DNA from: Candidatus Sulfotelmatobacter sp.
GTDB taxonomy: Bacteria > Eisenbacteria > RBG-16-71-46
Assembly: GCA_035498555.1 (NCBI GenBank)
Contig: DATKAB010000127.1
Coordinates: forward strand, 1-25,360
DNA: 25,360 bases
Direction of reading: 5' to 3'
Part shown: piece after piece, positions 6,938 through 12,752 of the stretch
How the letters are laid out: each line of letters starts with the position of its first letter
Position numbering within the stretch: the stretch's first letter is position 1
Made by a program: the position numbers and the translations under genes
Notes under the pieces: model-generated
The model's database searches: none
What the model was told of the DNA's origin: nothing
Seen by the model: only the letters and a program-made list of their open reading frames with translations

Positions 6938-8782
6938 ATGGCCGACAGCATTCGCATCGCCAACGCGGGTGGTTACTGGGGAGACGATCTCCGCCAGTTT
7001 CGGCGCCAGGTCGAGCTCGGTCCCGTCGATTACGTGACGCTCGATTTCCTTGCCGAGATCACCATGTCGATCATGCAAAAGCAGCGCGCGCGCGATCCGC
7101 GCGCCGGCTACGCGCGTGACTTCGTGGCGCAGGTGCGCGAGACGCTGCCGCTGCTGCTCGAACGCGGCGTGCGCGCGATCTCGAATGCCGGCGGCGTGAA
7201 CCCGCTCGCCTGTCGTGGCGCGCTGCTCGAGATGGCGCAGCTCGAAGGAAAGTCGCTCGACGTCGCCGCCGTGGTCGGCGACGATCTGATGGAGCGACTC
7301 GGCGAGCTGAACGCACTGGGCGTCTCGCTCGACGACATGGACACCGGTGCGAGGTTCTCCTCGATTCGCGATCGCGTGTCGTCGGCCAACGCTTACTTCG
7401 GCGCCTGGCCGGTGGTCGAAGCCCTGCGCGCCGGTGCGCAAGTCGTGGTCACCGGGCGCTGCACCGACACCGGCATCACCCTCGCGCCGATGATCCACGC
7501 CTTCGGCTGGGCGCCGGACGACTGGGACCGGCTGGCCGCCGGGATCGTCGCCGGCCACATCGTAGAGTGCGGGGCCCAGAGCACCGGCGGCAATTTCACC
7601 GACTGGCGGACGATCCCACGCCTGGCCGACATCGGCTATCCGCTGCTCGAGGTGTTCGCCGACGGTTCGTTCATCGTCACCAAGCACGCCGGCACCGGCG
7701 GTCGCGTGACGAAGCGCACCGTGAAGGAGCAGCTGGTCTACGAAATGGGAGATCCGCGCGCCTACATCACGCCCGACGTGGTCGCGGATTTCGGCACGAT
7801 TCGGCTCGAACAGGTCGGGCGCGACCGCGTGCGCGTATGGGGAGTCCGCGGGCGGCCGGCGCCGTCGATGCTCAAGGTGAGCGCCTCGTACTTCGACGGC
7901 TGGAAGGCGAGCGGCACGCTGATCCTGTGCGGGCCCGAGGCCGCCGCCAAGGCGCGCGCGTTCGCCGAGCTGTTCTGGAAGCGCCTCGACCTCCGCTTCG
8001 CCGCGACCCACACCGAGCTGGTCGGACTCTCGTCGTGCTGGGGCCCGCTGTCGCCGGCCACCGAGGCGCCGGAAATCCTGCTGCGGCTCTCGGTGCGCGA
8101 TCCCGATCGCGAGAGGGTCGAGCAGTTCTCGAAGATGGTGCCGGCCGTGATTCTCTCCGGGCCGCCGGGCGTGGCGGTCACGGGCGGCCGGCCGCAGGCG
8201 CAGGAAGTGGTGGCGTACTGGCCGGCGCTGGTGCCGCGCGATCACGTCAAGGCGCGGCTGGTCACGCGTGACGGCGAGCGCACGCTCGACTGGCCGACGC
8301 CGCTGCTGCCGCCGCAGCGACCGGCGCCACTGCGCGGCGAATCGTGGCCGCGCGCGCGGGGAGATCGCAAGCTCGTGAAGACACCGCTCTCGGCGCTCGC
8401 GCACGCGCGCAGCGGTGACAAGGGCGACACTGCGAACATCGGCCTGATCGCGAGAGCGCCCGAGATCTATCCGTGGCTGCGGAGCACCCTCACCGCCGCG
8501 GTGGTCAAACGGCGCTTCAAGGGCATCTGCCTGGGGCGCGTGGAACGCCACGAGGTCCCGAACCTCGGGGCGCTCAATTTCCTGCTCCACGAATCGCTCG
8601 GCGGCGGCGGCACGGTCTCGTTGCGCCTCGATGCCCAGGGCAAGACCTTGTCGCACGCACTGCTCGCCATGGAAGTGACGGCGCCGCGCGCGTTGCTCGA
8701 CGCCGCGAAGCGCGGCGATGCGGCCGACGGCTCGCGGGCGAAGGCGGCCGGCGCCGCGAAGCAGCGGCGCGGCCGGCGCTGA
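6938..8782 (+). CDS. atuA: AtuA-like protein (acyclic terpene utilisation family, DUF1446 plus C-terminal domain)
   Basis: Track ORF, 614 aa. N-terminus MADSIRIANAGGYWGDD... and overall length and organisation match AtuA/DUF1446 proteins. It is divergent from bioY and the beta-oxidation-like operon. Confidence 0.75.
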   Translation: MADSIRIANAGGYWGDDLRQFRRQVELGPVDYVTLDFLAEITMSIMQKQRARDPRAGYARDFVAQVRETLPLLLERGVRAISNAGGVNPLACRGALLEMAQLEGKSLDVAAVVGDDLMERLGELNALGVSLDDMDTGARFSSIRDRVSSANAYFGAWPVVEALRAGAQVVVTGRCTDTGITLAPMIHAFGWAPDDWDRLAAGIVAGHIVECGAQSTGGNFTDWRTIPRLADIGYPLLEVFADGSFIVTKHAGTGGRVTKRTVKEQLVYEMGDPRAYITPDVVADFGTIRLEQVGRDRVRVWGVRGRPAPSMLKVSASYFDGWKASGTLILCGPEAAAKARAFAELFWKRLDLRFAATHTELVGLSSCWGPLSPATEAPEILLRLSVRDPDRERVEQFSKMVPAVILSGPPGVAVTGGRPQAQEVVAYWPALVPRDHVKARLVTRDGERTLDWPTPLLPPQRPAPLRGESWPRARGDRKLVKTPLSALAHARSGDKGDTANIGLIARAPEIYPWLRSTLTAAVVKRRFKGICLGRVERHEVPNLGALNFLLHESLGGGGTVSLRLDAQGKTLSHALLAMEVTAPRALLDAAKRGDAADGSRAKAAGAAKQRRGRR

Positions 8783-8914
8783 GGCCCGCCCTTCCTCCCG
8801 CGCCACCCCCAGACTCTTGCGCATGCTCGCTCGGCCCTCGATACTCATCGCATCCCGAGCGACGCCCGCGGCGGAACGTTGCCGCGGTCACCGCTATTCG
8901 CAGGAGGAAGTGCC

Positions 8915-9436
8915 ATGATGACGAAGTCGAATCTGGACATGATCTGGGACCACATCCGGATCCTCAACGGCATCGCCGTCCGCTGTGTCGCGAACCTGCC
9001 CGCCGACAAGCTCGACGCGCATCCGATTCCAAGGATGCGCACGCCGAAGGAGCTGGTGGTCCACATGTACACGAGCTCGATGCGCTCGATGATGGAAGGG
9101 CTGCTGAGCGGCAACTACCAGGAGTACGACGAGAAATCCGCGTGCGAACGCATCCAGACCAAGGACGATCTGCTTCGTTTCTGTGACGAGAGCTGGAAGG
9201 CCAGCGACCGCGCCGAGCGTGCGGCCACCGACGCGCATCTCGCGGGAGAGGTGAAGACTCCCTGGGGCCACGCGATGCCGGGGCCGATGTGCGTTCAAGT
9301 GGTGCGCGACGAGCTTCTGCACCATCGCGGGCAGCTCTACGCCTACCTGCGCGCGCTCGGGCAGGAGGTTCCCGACATGTACGACTACGCCAACAACGCG
9401 CCGGAATTCCGCCGCCGGGAGCCCGCGCAGGCGTAA
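8915..9436 (+). CDS. DinB-family (damage-inducible protein DinB-like) protein
   Basis: Within track ORF 8879..9436, start at ATG 8915 (MMTKSNLDMIWDHIRIL...) preceded by AGGAGGA. Conserved His positions (HMYTS ... HHRGQLYAYL) fit the DinB/YfiT family. Confidence 0.65.
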   Translation: MMTKSNLDMIWDHIRILNGIAVRCVANLPADKLDAHPIPRMRTPKELVVHMYTSSMRSMMEGLLSGNYQEYDEKSACERIQTKDDLLRFCDESWKASDRAERAATDAHLAGEVKTPWGHAMPGPMCVQVVRDELLHHRGQLYAYLRALGQEVPDMYDYANNAPEFRRREPAQA

Positions 9437-9459
9437 CCCCCGCTGGAATCATCGCAGTC

Positions 9460-9502
9460 CCGAGGCCCGGGCCCATTCGCCCGGGCCTCGGCTTTTCCCC
9501 CC
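9460..9502 (+). terminator. rho-independent terminator
   Basis: Perfect 13-bp stem CCGAGGCCCGGGC / GCCCGGGCCTCGG with loop CCATTC, followed by CTTTTCCCCCC. It lies 24 nt after the DinB-family stop. Confidence 0.8.
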
Positions 9503-9531
9503 GGACTTCGCCCGAATCCTCCTGGCTCGCG

Positions 9532-9564
9532 TGACATCAGAATGATATCATAATGACATCAACG
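9532..9564. promoter_or_regulatory. three tandem 11-bp repeats TGACATCAgaa / TGATATCAtaa / TGACATCAacg (AT-rich operator/promoter)
   Basis: Read directly: gTGACATCAgaaTGATATCAtaaTGACATCAacgAGGAGGggccagATG. Each 8-mer is palindromic or near-palindromic, and the 11-bp period equals one helical turn. It sits immediately upstream of the SPFH gene's RBS. It is the most AT-rich stretch in the window. Confidence 0.6.
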
Positions 9565-9576
9565 AGGAGGGGCCAG

Positions 9577-10446
9577 ATGATTCGCGAAAAAGAAGTGAGC
9601 GCCCGGTCGGGCGGATTCATGTTCCTGGTGGTGCTGGCGCTGTTCTTCGGCTCGATCTGGGGGATCATTCACAATGCGTCGCACGGCTCGCCCCCGGGCG
9701 TGATCCTCTCGGTACTGGGGGTGGCGGTCGCGGTGCTGGGAGTGTTCGGACTCACGGTGGTCAATCCCAACCAGTCCCAGGTGGTTCAGCTGTTCGGCAG
9801 CTACAGCGGCACGCTTCACCAGCCCGGCTTCTGGTGGGTGAATCCTTTCACCACGCGGCGCAGGATCTCGGTGCGCGTCCGCAACTTCGAGAGCGCCAAG
9901 CTCAAGGTGAACGACCACGATGGCAATCCCATCGAGATCGCGGCGGTGGTGGTGTGGCGGGTGGTGGACACCGCCGAGGCGCTGTTCGAGGTCGACAATT
10001 ACGAGAACTTCGTCAAGGTCCAGACCGAGGCGGCGGTGCGCAATCTCGCCTCGACGCATCCGTACGACGCGCACGGCGATGGCCAGATGTCGCTACGCAG
10101 CAACATCCAGGAGGTGGCCGAGGACCTCAAGAAGGAGATCCAGGCCCGCCTCACCAAGGCCGGCGTGGAAGTGATCGAGGCGCGCATCAGCCACCTCGCC
10201 TACGCGCCCGAAATCGCCAGCGCCATGCTGCAGCGCCAGCAGGCGAGCGCGATCGTGGCGGCGCGCACCAAGATCGTCGAGGGCGCGGTGGGCATGGTCG
10301 AGATGGCGCTCGCGGAGCTGTCGCAGCGCCACGTCGTCGAGCTCGACGGCGAGCGGCGAGCGGCGATGGTGAGCAATCTGCTGGTGGTGCTGTGCAGCGA
10401 TCGCCACGCTCAGCCGGTCGTCAACGCCGGCACCATCTATCAATAG
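9577..10446 (+). CDS. SPFH/band-7 (stomatin/prohibitin-like) membrane protein
   Basis: Within track ORF 9553..10446, start at ATG 9577 (MIREKEV...) with GAGGAGG upstream. Two N-terminal TM helices, then an SPFH domain ([15 protein letters not shown]...; [21 protein letters not shown]; coiled-coil C-terminal part). Confidence 0.82.
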   Translation: MIREKEVSARSGGFMFLVVLALFFGSIWGIIHNASHGSPPGVILSVLGVAVAVLGVFGLTVVNPNQSQVVQLFGSYSGTLHQPGFWWVNPFTTRRRISVRVRNFESAKLKVNDHDGNPIEIAAVVVWRVVDTAEALFEVDNYENFVKVQTEAAVRNLASTHPYDAHGDGQMSLRSNIQEVAEDLKKEIQARLTKAGVEVIEARISHLAYAPEIASAMLQRQQASAIVAARTKIVEGAVGMVEMALAELSQRHVVELDGERRAAMVSNLLVVLCSDRHAQPVVNAGTIYQ

Positions 10447-10467
10447 GCCGGCCGGAGCGAGGCGCAG

Positions 10468-10656
10468 GTGGCGGACCGGAAGCCCTTCCTGCTGAGGCTG
10501 GACCCCGCGGTGCTCGAAGCCCTGCAGCGCTGGGCCAACGATGATCTGCGGAGTCTCAACGGACAGATCGAATTCCTGTTGCGGCGCGCGCTCGCCGACA
10601 CCGGACGCGCGCCGCGTACTCCCGGCGAAAAATTGCAACGAAAGCCACGCTCATGA
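10468..10656 (+). CDS. Arc/MetJ-type ribbon-helix-helix DNA-binding protein
   Basis: Track ORF, 62 aa, GTG start. KPFLLRLDPAVLEALQRWANDDLRSLNGQIEFLLRRAL matches the Arc-family RHH pattern (beta-strand then two helices). GGAG/GAGG lie 5-10 nt upstream. Confidence 0.65.
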   Translation: MADRKPFLLRLDPAVLEALQRWANDDLRSLNGQIEFLLRRALADTGRAPRTPGEKLQRKPRS

Positions 10657-11195
10657 TCTCCGACGATTCGCAGAATCCCTCGCCCGCCGACTTCGCCGCC
10701 GTGGACTGGCGTCGGGTCGATACCCTCCAGTGGACGCAGCCGCGTCGGTTCGTGCGGCGCTGGGAGTTGAACGACGGCGATCAGCCGGTTGCCGCACTTC
10801 GCTGGCGCGGGCCGTGGCGGCCGGGCTTCGACGCGGTGACGCGCGGCGGGGCGTGGCAAATCGACAGGAGTTTCTGGCTCGGACTGGACCTCCGACGGCC
10901 GGGAGAAGAAGAGCCCGAGATCCGCGTGCGCGCCAGCTGGCTCGGCCGAGCGCGAATCGAGCGATCCCAGGGCGAGGCCGTCCGCTGGCGGAGGGACGGC
11001 TGGGGCTTCAGCCGGCGCCGCATCGAGACGGCCGAAGGAACTCCGCTGATCCATTTCCAGATGGACCCCGGGTTCTTCCGCCACGACGGCCAGATCGCGA
11101 TCGAGTCGGAAGCGCGCTCGCTCCCCGATCTCGAGCCCCTCATTCTGGTGGGCTGGGGGCTGCTGGTCTCGGCTCACCGCCAGCACGCGCACTAG
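10653..11195 (+). CDS. hypothetical protein (Trp/Arg-rich, internal repeat), translationally coupled to the RHH gene
   Basis: Track ORF, 180 aa. Its ATG overlaps the RHH TGA (ATGA). I found no recognisable family. There is a possible internal repeat: AALRWRGPWRPGF...GGAWQI versus AVRWRRDGWGFSRRRIETAEGTPLI. Confidence 0.55.
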   Translation: MISDDSQNPSPADFAAVDWRRVDTLQWTQPRRFVRRWELNDGDQPVAALRWRGPWRPGFDAVTRGGAWQIDRSFWLGLDLRRPGEEEPEIRVRASWLGRARIERSQGEAVRWRRDGWGFSRRRIETAEGTPLIHFQMDPGFFRHDGQIAIESEARSLPDLEPLILVGWGLLVSAHRQHAH

Positions 11196-11320
11196 GGGCC
11201 GGCGGGCGCTCCAGCTGGGTCCTCCGCCGAGTTTGGCGGTGTCAAACCCGAGCCGCGGCTCCCCCCTTTTCCAGCCGCGCTCGCATCACAAGTTGCATTC
11301 GACCCACCTGTCCTCCAGAG

Positions 11321-11341
11321 CGACCGCGATTCGCGGTCGCC
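11321..11341. other. perfect hairpin GCGACCGCG-att-CGCGGTCGC (9-bp stem) in the cupredoxin gene upstream region
   Basis: Read directly; about 75 nt upstream of ATG 11415. No U-tract follows. Confidence 0.4.
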
Positions 11342-11414
11342 GGAGCCAATCGGTCGGAGTGAAGCGACCGGGCCTCTCGGTGCCAGTACTCCCGGCTGTC
11401 GGAAGGAAGGAAAC

Positions 11415-11819
11415 ATGTCTCGTAGGACGGTTCTCGCGCTCCCGGTCGCGGTGGGCTTGATCGCCTTCGCGCTCTTTGCGCAATCCGGCTGCTCCAAGAG
11501 CAGCCCGACTTCGCCATACGGCGGCGGCGGAGGCGGTGGCGGCGGTGGTGGCGGCACGGTGGAGCCATTCTCCTCGGGGAATTTCACCTCGAGCAATGCG
11601 CAAGGGTTCGTGCATACCTTCACCAACACCGGCAGCTTCGGCTACACCTGCACAATCCACAACATGCCCGGCACGATCAACGTCGCGGCCAGCGGGCCGG
11701 ACTCGGTGACGGTCGACATCGTCAACTTCGCCTTCTCGCCGAATCCCGCGTCGGTGAAGACCGGAGGCTACGTGCACTGGATCAACACCGTGGCCACCGC
11801 GCACAACGTGACGCGATAG
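11415..11819 (+). CDS. cupredoxin-like (amicyanin/plastocyanin-type) lipoprotein with Gly13 linker; apparently circularly permuted
   Basis: Track ORF, 134 aa. Signal peptide plus lipobox-like FAQSGC, then GGGGGGGGGGGGG. Next comes GSFGYTCTIHNMPGTINV, resembling the C-terminal Cys-His-Met ligand loop of cupredoxins (compare GTYDYHCTPHPFM). After that, FSPNPASVKTGGYVHWINTVATAHNV resembles the N-terminal beta2-beta4 region with the first His ligand (compare FEPAELTVKVGDTVTWINREAMPHNV). AAGGAAGGAAAC precedes the ATG. Confidence 0.7.
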   Translation: MSRRTVLALPVAVGLIAFALFAQSGCSKSSPTSPYGGGGGGGGGGGGTVEPFSSGNFTSSNAQGFVHTFTNTGSFGYTCTIHNMPGTINVAASGPDSVTVDIVNFAFSPNPASVKTGGYVHWINTVATAHNVTR

Positions 11820-11839
11820 ATCGCGCGACGACTTCCCCG

Positions 11840-11876
11840 GCGGCCGGCGTTCGCACGACGAGCGCCGGCCGCTTTG
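11840..11876 (+). terminator. putative intrinsic terminator after cupredoxin gene
   Basis: 10-bp perfect GC stem GCGGCCGGCG / CGCCGGCCGC with a 13-nt loop, then TTTGCGTGGGCTTG (short U-tract). Confidence 0.5.
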
Positions 11877-11941
11877 CGTGGGCTTGAAGATAACGCTCCT
11901 CCACTCCGCGACGCTGTCGCGCGCACGCCACATCCCCGACC

Positions 11942-11980
11942 CGGAAATACCACGCAATTCCCGGACATTTCCGCGGAAAT
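11942..11980. promoter_or_regulatory. 14-bp perfect palindrome ATTTCCGCGGAAAT plus upstream half-site CGGAAAT
   Basis: Read directly: CGGAAAT-N19-ATTTCCGCGGAAAT, about 100-140 nt upstream of the 12081 ATG. The sequence is AT-containing in a GC-rich background. It is a candidate transcription-factor operator. Confidence 0.45.
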
Positions 11981-12080
11981 CGCGGCCCTGCCGAAGGTTC
12001 GCGAATCGGCCTGCCGGTGGCACGCGGACTGCTCAAGTGATCCCACGAACCCTGTCGCCCGCAGTCACGAGGAGGACGCC

Positions 12081-12551
12081 ATGAAGACCCTGAACGAACA
12101 TCGCCGCGTGATCTCGACGCTGATGATGAGTCTGGTCGCGGCCACACTTCTCGCGCAGACCGCGAGTGCGGGCAACGCGTGGGGACACTCGAAGCGCTGG
12201 AAGCCCGGCCCGCCGGCGCGCGAGATCGGCTGGGTCGCACCGCCCGCGCCCGTGTACGTGGTGCATCACTCCGACGCCGGCCCGATCTTCGCCGGACTGG
12301 TGGGCGGGCTGATCCTCGGCGCGGCGCTCGCCAACGCACACCCGGCGGTGCACGTCCAGTATTCGTACTGGGATCCGTACTGCCAGGAGAGCTTCTCGTC
12401 GCTCGCGGCCTACGACGCGCACTTGCGATACCACCATCATCCGCAGTTCGTGCGCGTGATCGACGCGTCGAATGGACGCTGCGTGCGGGAGCTGAGCTGG
12501 AGCGATCGCGGCTGGCAGCCGTGCGAGCACAGCGGCGAGTGGCACGACTAG
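12081..12551 (+). CDS. small secreted His/Cys-rich protein of unknown function
   Basis: Within track ORF 11874..12551, start at ATG 12081 (MKTLNEHRRVISTLMMSLVAATLLAQTASA...) with GAGGAGG 5 nt upstream. Signal peptide, then HHSD, HPAVHVQY, HLRYHHHPQF and paired Cys (PYCQ, GRCV, QPCEH). Confidence 0.6.
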   Translation: MKTLNEHRRVISTLMMSLVAATLLAQTASAGNAWGHSKRWKPGPPAREIGWVAPPAPVYVVHHSDAGPIFAGLVGGLILGAALANAHPAVHVQYSYWDPYCQESFSSLAAYDAHLRYHHHPQFVRVIDASNGRCVRELSWSDRGWQPCEHSGEWHD

Positions 12552-12752
12552 ACGTCTTCGCTGTGTGAGTCCCACCTGGCGCGGCTGGAACCGGGGAGCG
12601 TCCAGGGCTGCGCGGGTGGGCTCACCAAATCACGGCGGGCGGTGTCCAGCGACATCGCCCGCTCGTGCTTTGGGCCCGAAGACGTCGGCAGGGCCCGAGG
12701 GTCGCCGTCGTCCCACTCCTGCCGACCTCTACGGAGCCGTGGCGTTGCGGCG

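Noticed and set aside
6917-8848. 643-aa minus-strand ORF
   Set aside because: It lies antisense to the well-supported atuA gene. It is Arg-rich low-complexity sequence.
9530-9570. Reading the AT-rich segment simply as a sigma70 -35/-10
   Set aside because: TGACAT and CATAAT hexamers are present but spaced only 8-12 bp apart. The exact 11-bp tandem periodicity is better explained as a repeat operator, and a promoter may still overlap it.
12553-12689. MITE or transposon interpretation of the 10-bp inverted repeats
   Set aside because: Kept only as a low-interest finding. No target-site duplication is visible. The repeat arms are built on a self-palindromic GACGTC core, and no transposase is nearby.
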